Virus record (IMG/VR): IMGVR_UViG_3300037048_000302 | Span: 1 to 25,138 of that record | Source of the DNA: a virus | Lineage: Duplodnaviria; Caudoviricetes | Length of the DNA stretch: 25,138 bases | Direction: 5' to 3' (one strand) | Shown here: positions 1-7,980 of the stretch, piece after piece | How the letters are laid out: each line of letters opens with the position of its first letter | How positions within the stretch are numbered: position 1 is the first letter of the stretch | Position numbers and translations under genes: made by a program | Notes under the pieces: model-generated | What the model was told of the DNA's origin: nothing | Seen by the model: only the letters and a program-made list of their open reading frames with translations | Database searches by the model: none

Positions 1-3000
1 GATATTCTGCAGAGTGGGTTCTGAATTACTGAAATAGACTCTTGTAGCTATCTTGCCATCCGTGTTGTCTGGGAGACCCATCAACTCTTTGCGGTTGGGA
101 TTGGCGTTGAGCTCCTTGAGAAATTCATTCCTGTTGTTTGCCGTGTAGATTGGTCGTGCACTGCCATCATAATTGAGGAACTTGTAGGTGGGCATCAACT
201 GCCTCATGGTTGGAACATATTTTTGAACAAAGTTCTTGATGATGGTGTAATCGGAGGAGTGGAGATCTCCAAATTTGTAGCCTTCCTCATAAAGATCCTG
301 AGTAGTGAACCAGTAAAAACCAAGGCGAACCCAGCTACTGTCAAGGATATTATCGACTCTGATGGGATCTCCACCTTCCCAAATGCAATATGCATTGGTC
401 GATCCAAGATGTGGTGTCCCCACCATAGTCAAGTTCTCTATCTCACCAAGGTAGGAATTGCTCTGGATATAAGCTCTGGCCAAGAGTCCTCCCATGCTGT
501 GGGCGATGATATTCACCTTCTTGGAAGTATCGCCTCGTTGGGCTTTCTTGATGGCCGGCTTGAGATACCAGTCGACCGCTTTCTCCAGCGGCACACGCCA
601 ATCCCAGGGGCAGTCAATGATCGTTGTCCCTTCATCAAGACCCCTTTCGCGAAGGATATCCTTGAGATCACGCCAACCAGCCATTCTCAGGGGATCGTGG
701 AGTTGGAGATCCTCGCCCATTTTGTAGGCCGCAGTGAATCTGGGAATATATCCGGACGCTCTCTTCTTGTCCGTAGAGCCGAGAATTCCGGGGATCAGGA
801 TGACGGGGGTCTTGCCGCTGGTGTACAGGGGGATCATGAGAGGCGAGAGGGCCGTCGTCTGACCTGCCGGGATGAAGAGGCTGAAGTCTTTGGAGCTGCT
901 TTTGCTGTTGAGCGTTGCCCAGATGTAATAGGTCCCGGCCGATAGCCCTTTGAAGGAGAATTGGCCTCCGGGGTCGGATAGAGCCGGAGTCACCACGGGC
1001 GCACCATTTCTGGTCGATGAAACATACACAGTCGCTCCCGCGACACCGTTTCCGCGATTGTCCTGCACTCTGCCTCCGATGGATGCCGTTCCAGCCTGAG
1101 GGACATCGAAGGTGTTGCTCGATCCCATTCGTCCCTCGCCACTGGCATTGAGAACCAGGTTTTCTCCCCCTTCGAGGAGGGTGACCTGACCGCTCCATTT
1201 ACCCGCAGCAAGGTTGACTGCGGTGGGATGCAGTGGCACCCCACAGGAGAGGGCGATTTCCCTGTTGAACCCGGTATCGATGGTCCCGTCGGACTTTCTC
1301 GCCGTAATCGTCACATCAAACGGGAAGTTGACTGCCTGGGGGGAAGGGATACTGGAAACAGCCAGTCTTGGAGCCGGAAGGGACTCAAAGATTCTTGCCA
1401 CAAAAACATCAGCATAACCCGAACTCTTGGGTTCAAGCGCATTCTTGTGTGGAAAATCCGTGGAGTCTGTCGTTCCGGTGATGTAGGCATTGCCTGAATC
1501 ATCCACGGCAATCGAAACATCGTCATCCTGGTCGCTTCCCCCAAGGTAGGTCGAGTAGATGAGTGCTGACCCAGACGCATTAAGCTTCGTCACAAAAACA
1601 TCCTCCCCGCCCGACCTCATCATCTGAAGTCCATTCTTGGTCGGAAAATCCGTGGACTCCGTCGTCCCGGCAATGTAAGCATTGCCCGAGCTATCCACTG
1701 CAATACTGGGTTTTTTCTCATAGCTGTTTCCCCCAAGGTAGGTCGAGTAGACGAGAGATGACCCACCTCGATTGAGTTTGGTTACAAAGATATCGTCTGA
1801 GCCTGACCTCGTACAGTCGTAAGCATTCTTCATCGGGTAATCCGACGAATAGGTCCACCCGGCGATGTATACATTGCCCGAACCATCCATAGCGATAGAA
1901 GGAGTCTGGTCATTGCTGCTCCCCCCAAGATAGGTCGAGTAGATGAGAGCTGACCCGCCTGCACTAAGCTTAGTCACGAAGATATCAGTGCCCCCTAGAT
2001 GCCTGGCGTAGAGCGCATTCTTAGTTGGGAAATTTGATGAATTCGTCTCCCCGGTGAGGATGGCACTCCCCGAGCCATCCACCGCTACGCACGTATCGCG
2101 CTCATCTCCACTCCCCCCAAGGTAGGTCGAATAGATGAGAGCTGAGCCAGATGCATTGAGCTTTGTCACGAAGACATCGCTCCCACCTGCCTTCGCGGAT
2201 CTAAATGCATTCTTGGTCGGAAAATTCAAGGATTCCGTTTTACCAGCGACATAGGCATTCCCCGAGCCATCCACGGCTACGGATGCGTCTCCCTCATCTT
2301 CAGTTCCCCCAAGGTAAGTCGAATAGATAAGGGCTGACCCAGATGCATTGAGCTTTGTCACGAAGATATCGCTCCAGCCGGAGTGCGTGGAGTAGAGCGC
2401 GTTCTGAGTTGGAAAATCGGAGGAATTCGTCCACCCAGCAACATAGGCATTGCCTGATCCATCTACTGCTATCGAAGGATCCTCGTCATCTTGACTTCCC
2501 CCAAGGTAGGTCGAATAGACAAGAGCTGAGCCAGATGCATTGAGCTTCGTCACGAAGACATCGTTCCAGCTAGACTTCGTCTGGTAGAGGGCACCCTTGG
2601 TTGGAAAATCCGATGAATTCGTCGTCCCAGCGATGTAGGCATTGCCCGATCCATCCACGGCTATCGAGGAATGGCTGTCACTTAGGCTTCCCCCGAGATA
2701 GGTCGAATAGACCAGCACGGGGTCGATGACCACATCATGTCTGCGATCATAGGGGGCAATGTTAAAGGAACAGTTGAAGGTCTTTCGGGACATGCCTCCA
2801 CTCAGGTCTGCACCAGGATCAGCTTCATTCCTTTGGACCTGAAAGGCTGTGTATATAGTTACCCTCGCTCCGTCGATTTCCTGATACGTGATGGGTTTCC
2901 TCTGGATGATCTCCCTCTCGCCTATCCTAAGGGAAAGGTCTCCTTCAGGCGTGACCTCAACATGGTCTGCTCCTTCGAACGCGAATTGGACCCGCGACGG

Positions 3001-3603
3001 GTCGGCTCCCGGCTTGACGATGATGTCATATTCCAGTTGCCGGTTGTTCCCATAGAACTTGATGTCCACGCCCGGGTAGACCTCTCGGTAGAGGACGGCG
3101 CGGTAGGTGGGAATATCCGATCGCCACTTTTCAGGATTGTTGCCGCTGAAGTAGTTCACCCGACCTTCCAGAGGCTCCACGGGGATGACTTCGACTCCTT
3201 CATTCATACCCAAAGGCACCATTTTGACTATGCCACCCCGGCCTTCGGTCTTTTCCTCTCTTCCCACCGCAGGAAGACCCAGGTAGATGCAGTCCCTGGC
3301 GAACCAGGTCGCATGCCCATTCCCCTTCTCGTAGAACCTCACGGCTTCGTCCACCTGCCCCTGGTTTTCGATAAAGTGAAGCGGGAGTTTTCCATAGGCC
3401 TCGGTGAGGCGAGCTCTTTGCTCTCCCTCCGCTTGAACGGCTCCCTGAGCGTGCTGGGGCAAAGCCGTCTCCATTCTCTCCAGGGTTTTGCCAACTCGAG
3501 CGTCGGTGGTCGATGCATGCACAGCTAAGAGGAAAAAGATGGCAAAACCGATTAAGAGACCATCAACGAGAATATCTTCGAAGCTCTTGCTGAAACGTCT
3601 CAT
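1..3603 (-). CDS. Large secreted SBBP-repeat beta-propeller protein with a C-terminal LCAT/PGAP1-like alpha/beta hydrolase (lipase/acyltransferase) domain; 3' end lies outside the window
   Basis: I translated the minus frame by hand and found no stop from 3612 to 1. AGGAG sits 9 nt upstream of the ATG at 3603 (alternative ATG at 3612). The N-terminus is hydrophobic (ILVDGLLIGFAIFFLLAVHA). DUF7948-like motifs are YGKLPLHFIENQGQ, VNYFSGNNPEKW and LEYDIIVKPGADP. IDPVLVYSTYLGGS begins the SBBP repeats. IGGRVQDNRGNGVAGATVYV...FSFKGLSAGTYYI resembles a carboxypeptidase-regulatory domain. Hydrolase motifs are PVILIPGILGS, PWDWR, KVNIIAHSMGGLLAR and GTPHLGS. Confidence 0.9.
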   Translation of the reverse strand, partial: MRRFSKSFEDILVDGLLIGFAIFFLLAVHASTTDARVGKTLERMETALPQHAQGAVQAEGEQRARLTEAYGKLPLHFIENQGQVDEAVRFYEKGNGHATWFARDCIYLGLPAVGREEKTEGRGGIVKMVPLGMNEGVEVIPVEPLEGRVNYFSGNNPEKWRSDIPTYRAVLYREVYPGVDIKFYGNNRQLEYDIIVKPGADPSRVQFAFEGADHVEVTPEGDLSLRIGEREIIQRKPITYQEIDGARVTIYTAFQVQRNEADPGADLSGGMSRKTFNCSFNIAPYDRRHDVVIDPVLVYSTYLGGSLSDSHSSIAVDGSGNAYIAGTTNSSDFPTKGALYQTKSSWNDVFVTKLNASGSALVYSTYLGGSQDDEDPSIAVDGSGNAYVAGWTNSSDFPTQNALYSTHSGWSDIFVTKLNASGSALIYSTYLGGTEDEGDASVAVDGSGNAYVAGKTESLNFPTKNAFRSAKAGGSDVFVTKLNASGSALIYSTYLGGSGDERDTCVAVDGSGSAILTGETNSSNFPTKNALYARHLGGTDIFVTKLSAGGSALIYSTYLGGSSNDQTPSIAMDGSGNVYIAGWTYSSDYPMKNAYDCTRSGSDDIFVTKLNRGGSSLVYSTYLGGNSYEKKPSIAVDSSGNAYIAGTTESTDFPTKNGLQMMRSGGEDVFVTKLNASGSALIYSTYLGGSDQDDDVSIAVDDSGNAYITGTTDSTDFPHKNALEPKSSGYADVFVARIFESLPAPRLAVSSIPSPQAVNFPFDVTITARKSDGTIDTGFNREIALSCGVPLHPTAVNLAAGKWSGQVTLLEGGENLVLNASGEGRMGSSNTFDVPQAGTASIGGRVQDNRGNGVAGATVYVSSTRNGAPVVTPALSDPGGQFSFKGLSAGTYYIWATLNSKSSSKDFSLFIPAGQTTALSPLMIPLYTSGKTPVILIPGILGSTDKKRASGYIPRFTAAYKMGEDLQLHDPLRMAGWRDLKDILRERGLDEGTTIIDCPWDWRVPLEKAVDWYLKPAIKKAQRGDTSKKVNIIAHSMGGLLARAYIQSNSYLGEIENLTMVGTPHLGSTNAYCIWEGGDPIRVDNILDSSWVRLGFYWFTTQDLYEEGYKFGDLHSSDYTIIKNFVQKYVPTMRQLMPTYKFLNYDGSARPIYTANNRNEFLKELNANPNRKELMGLPDNTDGKIATRVYFSNSEPTLQNI
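1387..2718 (-). repeat. Seven intragenic SBBP (beta-propeller blade) repeats with an exact 192-bp / 64-aa period
   Basis: The STYLGG codon anchor (plus strand ccc aag gta ggt cga or a variant) recurs at 1540, 1732, 1924, 2116, 2308, 2500 and 2692. Units carry DxSGNxYxxG, FPTKN and DVFVTKL-like motifs. Confidence 0.9.
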
Positions 3604-4182
3604 CTGGTTCATCTCCTGGCTCTCTTGATGGGTATTTCGCTGAAACGTGAAATGCGGACATTGTCTGCCTGATTTTGGTATGAGAGATCGGAGCAAAGGA
3701 GCCGGATCATGAGTCAAAATGTATGGAGCGCTTTGAGTTTACTGAACTTTCTCGAAACTCTTTCTGGTTCCATCTACTGTACCAACCGCCAGGCTGCGTC
3801 CCGTCAAGAGGGCCTCCGCCCAGAGCATTGTCAGGTCTCTTGAAGTCGGAGAGATAGCTGTTGTGACGCTATACCTGGGTTCGGAACACTCAGAGGTTCC
3901 GAGAGGAAGGTGCGAAATCAGTTGTTCATTTTGGAGCATCTGGGGTCGTTTGAACTGTGGAATGCGGGCAACGATTTTCGAGAAAGGTCAAGGAGTCTTT
4001 GCCGGCCCTTTGAAATCTCGATAGTCCAAATAGTTGAACACCTTGTGATCATATCCTTTGTGCTGCCAAGTCGAGCTACCGGTTTTCATGTTCGGCAGCT
4101 ATCTGATTTCGCATTGTGTCGGGTCGTCTAAACGGCTTCGATTCAAAAAAGGCCCACCTTAACGGTTCGCAGACTAACTTTC

Positions 4183-4218
4183 TTTGCATCCTTCGCATAT
4201 TTCGCATGGAGCGCATAC
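4183..4218 (+). promoter_or_regulatory. Four tandem 9-bp direct repeats (TTTGCATCC TTCGCATAT TTCGCATGG AGCGCATAC); candidate activator-binding site for the morphogenesis operon
   Basis: GCAT cores lie at 4186, 4195, 4204 and 4213. They sit just upstream of a TTGATC (-35-like) hexamer at 4225 and about 70 bp before the first operon gene. The function is inferred. Confidence 0.5.
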
Positions 4219-4285
4219 CGCGAATTGATCTTCCCACCCGATTCCATGAGGATTGCTCAAGACGATTTGTTGAGGAGCGATCTTC

Positions 4286-4507
4286 ATGGCCTATTCCCAA
4301 TCCGACCTTGAAAGCGTGCAGGCGGCTCGGCTGGCTCTGGCCAGGGGGGAGCGGGTGGTATCCGTCACTGTTGGCGGGATCACCACCCAGTACCACCTGA
4401 CCGATGACGCCAGGCTGCGAGTGCTTGAGGCCGACATTCGGGGAGAGCTCCGCACCGCTTTGAATCGCCGACGGTTCTTTCTGGTGGCGACGGGCAAGGG
4501 GTGCTGA
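4286..4507 (+). CDS. Head-to-tail joining protein, lambda gpW-like
   Basis: 73 aa, YSQSDLESVQAARLALARGERVVSVTVGGITTQY, matching the gpW helix-hairpin pattern. GAGGAG RBS. Lies directly before the portal with a TGATG overlap. Confidence 0.85.
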   Translation: MAYSQSDLESVQAARLALARGERVVSVTVGGITTQYHLTDDARLRVLEADIRGELRTALNRRRFFLVATGKGC

Positions 4508-6027
4508 TGCGCTTTCTGAAGGTCCTGGACCATCACGGGAGACCTATTCCGGTAGCGAGGGCACAGAGCTTCGAGGGGGCCGGGTCGGGCCGGAGGCTCG
4601 GCACCTGGGGAAGATCTTCCGCAGGCCCCAACACCGCCCTTTACGGTTCGCTCTCGTCTCTGAGATCCAGGTCCCGTGAGCTCACCCGGAACAATCCCCT
4701 GGCTGAAAACGGGGTCGAATCCTGGGTGGCCAATCTTATCGGGACCGGGATCACCCCGCGCTGGCAGATCGATCCCGCCCTGGGGGGAACCGAGCTCAAG
4801 GAGCGAATCCACGAGCTTTGGGCGGAGTGGACCGACGAGGCGGACGCGGACGGAGTGTGCGATTTTTACGGTCTCCAGGCCATGGTGGCCCGGGCTATGG
4901 TCGAAAGCGGAGAGGTCCTCGCGCGGATCCGGCCGAGGCGGATCGAGGACGGCCTCCCGGTTCCCATGCAGCTCCAGGTCATCGAGTGCGACCACCTGGA
5001 TGAATCCTTCAGCACCATCGCTCCCAACGGAAACGAAATCCGGATGGGGATCGAGCTCGACCGGCTGGGGAGGCGGGTCGCCTACTGGGTCTTCCGCTCG
5101 CATCCCGGGGAGAGCTTCCTGTTTGACCAGGGGAACGCCGAGCGGATCCGGATCCCCGCCTCGGAGATGCTGCACACCTTTCGTCCGCTGCGCCCCGGGC
5201 AGGCTCGAGGAAAGCCCTGGCTCACCTCCGTCATTTTGCGCCTCCACGAGCTCGATCAGTACGAGGACGCCGAGCTCGTGCGCAAGAAGACGGCCGCCAT
5301 GTTCGGCGGGTTCATCATCGAATCGGTCTCGGACACCCTCGATCAGCCCTACCTGGGCCGGATCGGGGAATCGGACGAAAACGACAGCCCCGTGGTTCAT
5401 CTCGAGCCGGGCACCTTCCCCACCCTTCCCCAGGGAATGGATGTGAAGTTCTCGACTCCGGCCGATGTGGGGGGAAGCTACCAGGTCTGGATCAAGCAGA
5501 ACCTGCGGGAGATCGCCTCCGGGATCGGGATCACCTACGAGCAGCTCACGGGAGACCTCGAGGGGGTGAACTACTCCTCCATCCGGGCCGGGCTTTTGGA
5601 GTTCCGGCGTAGATGCGAGATGCTCCAGTGGCACACCATCATCTTCCAGTTCTGCCGCCCGGTGGCTCGCCGTTGGATGGATCTCGCGGTGGCCTCGGGG
5701 GTCCTCGCCATCCCGGCCTATGCACGGGACAGGCGTGGCTACACGAAGATCGACTGGAGGCCCCAGGGCTGGCCATGGGTGGATCCGGAAAAGGACCTCA
5801 AGGCGGCCCAGCTCGCGGTGCGGAGCGGATTCACCTCGCGATCGGCAGTGATCGCCGAACAGGGTTATGACGCCGAGATGGTGGATCGGCAGATCAAGGA
5901 GGATGCCGACCGGGCCGACGCTCTCGGCCTCGTGTTCGACTCCGATCCACGCAAGACCGCAAGGGCCGGGGCTGGTCGGAGCGGCGATCAGAGCTCAACG
6001 GAAAAGGCGGATTCCAATGATCGATAA
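4507..6027 (+). CDS. Phage portal protein, lambda family (gpB-like)
   Basis: Motifs LRSRSRELTRNNP, DFYGLQ...GEVL, GIELDRLGRRVAYW, RPGQARG, YEQLTGDLEGVNYSSIRAGLLEF and WVDPEKD. The ATG at 4507 overlaps the gpW stop (the track starts at GTG 4501). Confidence 0.95.
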   Translation: MRFLKVLDHHGRPIPVARAQSFEGAGSGRRLGTWGRSSAGPNTALYGSLSSLRSRSRELTRNNPLAENGVESWVANLIGTGITPRWQIDPALGGTELKERIHELWAEWTDEADADGVCDFYGLQAMVARAMVESGEVLARIRPRRIEDGLPVPMQLQVIECDHLDESFSTIAPNGNEIRMGIELDRLGRRVAYWVFRSHPGESFLFDQGNAERIRIPASEMLHTFRPLRPGQARGKPWLTSVILRLHELDQYEDAELVRKKTAAMFGGFIIESVSDTLDQPYLGRIGESDENDSPVVHLEPGTFPTLPQGMDVKFSTPADVGGSYQVWIKQNLREIASGIGITYEQLTGDLEGVNYSSIRAGLLEFRRRCEMLQWHTIIFQFCRPVARRWMDLAVASGVLAIPAYARDRRGYTKIDWRPQGWPWVDPEKDLKAAQLAVRSGFTSRSAVIAEQGYDAEMVDRQIKEDADRADALGLVFDSDPRKTARAGAGRSGDQSSTEKADSNDR

Positions 6028-7246
6028 GAAAAATCTCTGGCACCTGGCTTCCAGGGTGCTCAACACACCGCTTCTCATCACACCGGCCAAGTTCGATGCG
6101 ATCCTACAGTTCCTGGGGCCGCGAATCGGCCTCGAGGTCCCGGCGCTCGAGGCGGTGACCGACTTTTCCAAGCCCAAGAGCTATCGGAAGGATTCCGAAG
6201 ACGGCATCGGCCTCATTCCCATATACGGCACTCTCGTCCACAGGGCATCCGGATTCGACGGCTGGTCGGGGCTCACGAGTTATGAGTCCATCCGTGGTCA
6301 GTTCCGGGAGGCTCTAGCTGACAAGAGCGTCGAGACGATCCTTTTCGATATCGACTCACCCGGGGGAGAGGTCGCCGGCGTTTTCGATCTGGTGGATGAA
6401 ATCCATGCCGCACGTGGAGTGAAGCCCATCCATGCCGTGGCCAACGAGTCGGCTTTCTCCGCGGCGTACGCCCTGGCCTCCGCCGCGGACCGGATCTTCC
6501 TGCCTCGGACCGGAGGCATGGGATCCATCGGAGTGCTCTACGTCCACGCGGACCGCTCCGGTTTCAACGAGAAGACCGGCTTCAAGTACACACCGATTTT
6601 CGCGGGGGCGCGCAAGAACGACTTCTCCCCCAACGTGGCCCTTTCGGAAGAGGCGGCCAAGATCGCTCAGGCCCAGATCGACGACATTTACGGCGTATTT
6701 GTCCGTACGGTCGCCAGGAACCGGGGGATTTCGGAGGCCAGGGTGCGCTCCACCGAAGCCGGGATGTTCCAGGGAGAGGAAGCTGTGAGAGAGGGCCTGG
6801 CGGATGAAGTCAGAAGCTTCGTCGAGGTCCTCGCGATGATTCAACCGGAAAAGAGAGGAGGCCGCGCCATGGCCGAAAAGCAAAAGAATCCAGTGATTGC
6901 AGCGGAAGCTGAAGGTGCGCCCGATACGGCTGCGACCCAGAGGGTGCAGGAGGCGGAATCGATCAGAACGGAAGCGGCACGGCAGGGAAAGGAAGCGGAA
7001 CAGGCCCGGGTGGTTTCCATCCTCGAATCCTGCGCGGCCGTGCAGCATTTGATCCCCAAAGACCTCGGAGCCGAGCTCATCCGGGAAGGAGTCACCATCG
7101 AGGCTGCCAGAGAGCGGATCATCCGCGCCGTCGGAGACTCGTCCGAGCAGCGGGAGGTGATGAACACCACCGGAGCCCTCGCCCGGGGAGCCGATGACGA
7201 TGTCCTGGTAAAGGACGCCCTTAAGCGCGCAGGAAAGATCGCATAG
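6017..7246 (+). CDS. Prohead maturation protease, peptidase S49 (lambda gpC-like), with a C-terminal scaffold region
   Basis: Motifs IPIYGTLVHR, ILFDIDSPGGEVAG, AFSAAYALASAAD, GSIGV, FVRTVARNRG and GLADEV. The likely start is ATG 6017 (MIDKKNLWHLASRVLNTPLL), overlapping the portal end. Confidence 0.92.
   Translation: MIDKKNLWHLASRVLNTPLLITPAKFDAILQFLGPRIGLEVPALEAVTDFSKPKSYRKDSEDGIGLIPIYGTLVHRASGFDGWSGLTSYESIRGQFREALADKSVETILFDIDSPGGEVAGVFDLVDEIHAARGVKPIHAVANESAFSAAYALASAADRIFLPRTGGMGSIGVLYVHADRSGFNEKTGFKYTPIFAGARKNDFSPNVALSEEAAKIAQAQIDDIYGVFVRTVARNRGISEARVRSTEAGMFQGEEAVREGLADEVRSFVEVLAMIQPEKRGGRAMAEKQKNPVIAAEAEGAPDTAATQRVQEAESIRTEAARQGKEAEQARVVSILESCAAVQHLIPKDLGAELIREGVTIEAARERIIRAVGDSSEQREVMNTTGALARGADDDVLVKDALKRAGKIA
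6869..7246 (+). CDS. Putative nested in-frame scaffold protein (lambda Nu3-like), 125 aa
   Basis: A strong internal SD (AGAGGAGG) precedes an in-frame ATG at 6869, right after the protease domain. The product is charged and helical (EAARQGKEAEQARVVSIL). Confidence 0.6.
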   Translation: MAEKQKNPVIAAEAEGAPDTAATQRVQEAESIRTEAARQGKEAEQARVVSILESCAAVQHLIPKDLGAELIREGVTIEAARERIIRAVGDSSEQREVMNTTGALARGADDDVLVKDALKRAGKIA

Positions 7247-7288
7247 TGAATCAATCCGGCATCCGGCCGGAAGGAAGGAGTTCAACGT

Positions 7289-7945
7289 ATGGCATCGCAG
7301 ACTGAAGGAAACCGGTTGAACGATGTGCTGAAATGGGAAGGTGGGATCGAGAAGTACCATGCGAGGGAAGACGTGACGGTGCTCTCCGGGCAGAACGTCT
7401 CCGCGGGAGCGGTCCTCGGCCGGATCGCGAAAGCGGCCGGGACTGTTGCCGGTGCCGGCAACACGGGAACCGGAACGGTCTCCGGAGTGTCCCTGGGAGC
7501 TCTAGCCGAGCTTGGGAATTATATCCTCACCTGTATCGCCACGGCCACCAACGGAGGAACGTTCCAGGTGAAGGCTCCGGACGGCAGAGTCCTTCCGCCC
7601 GCCACCGTGGGCGCAGCTTATACCAGTGATCACATCAACTTCACCGTGAACGACGGGGGGACGGATTTCGCCCTGGGCGATTCGTTCACCGTCCCGGTCG
7701 TTGCGGGCTCCGGAAAGGTTCGGGCCATCAACTTCGCGGGAGTGGACGGAAGCCGGGATGCCTTCGGGATCGCGCTTTCGGACTACGACGCCGGCGAAGG
7801 CGATGTGGAAGGGGTCGCCGTGGTGCGCGACGCCGTGATCGATGCCGCGAACCTGGTTTGGCCGGAGGGCGCCACAAGTGATCAAAAAGCTGCCGCGCTC
7901 TCCCAGCTCAAGGAGAAGGGAATTGTGACCCGGCCCTCGGCCTAA
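7289..7945 (+). CDS. Head decoration protein (lambda gpD/HDPD-like) with an inserted G/T-rich beta domain
   Basis: Lies between protease and capsid. Motifs REDVTVLSGQNVSAGAVLG and GIAL..., ending NLVWP...AALSQLKEKGIV. AAGGAG RBS. Confidence 0.85.
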   Translation: MASQTEGNRLNDVLKWEGGIEKYHAREDVTVLSGQNVSAGAVLGRIAKAAGTVAGAGNTGTGTVSGVSLGALAELGNYILTCIATATNGGTFQVKAPDGRVLPPATVGAAYTSDHINFTVNDGGTDFALGDSFTVPVVAGSGKVRAINFAGVDGSRDAFGIALSDYDAGEGDVEGVAVVRDAVIDAANLVWPEGATSDQKAAALSQLKEKGIVTRPSA

Positions 7946-7980
7946 GGCGGCCGGCCAATAAACCATAAGGAGTGACCGAC

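Noticed and set aside
1387-2718. CRISPR array suggested by regularly spaced repeats
   Set aside because: The repeats are in-frame 192-bp coding units without unique spacers, and no cas genes are present.
223-3528. Plus-strand ORFs 223-945 and 2737-3528 and other short ORFs in 1-3600
   Set aside because: They are antisense or off-frame shadows of the motif-rich minus-strand SBBP/lipase gene.
3620-4285. Terminase pseudogene, attachment site, tRNA or c-di-GMP riboswitch in the intergenic region
   Set aside because: The listed ORFs show no terminase motifs and I saw no tRNA cloverleaf. The minus-strand GGGACGCAG near 3800 lacks the rest of the c-di-GMP-I consensus.
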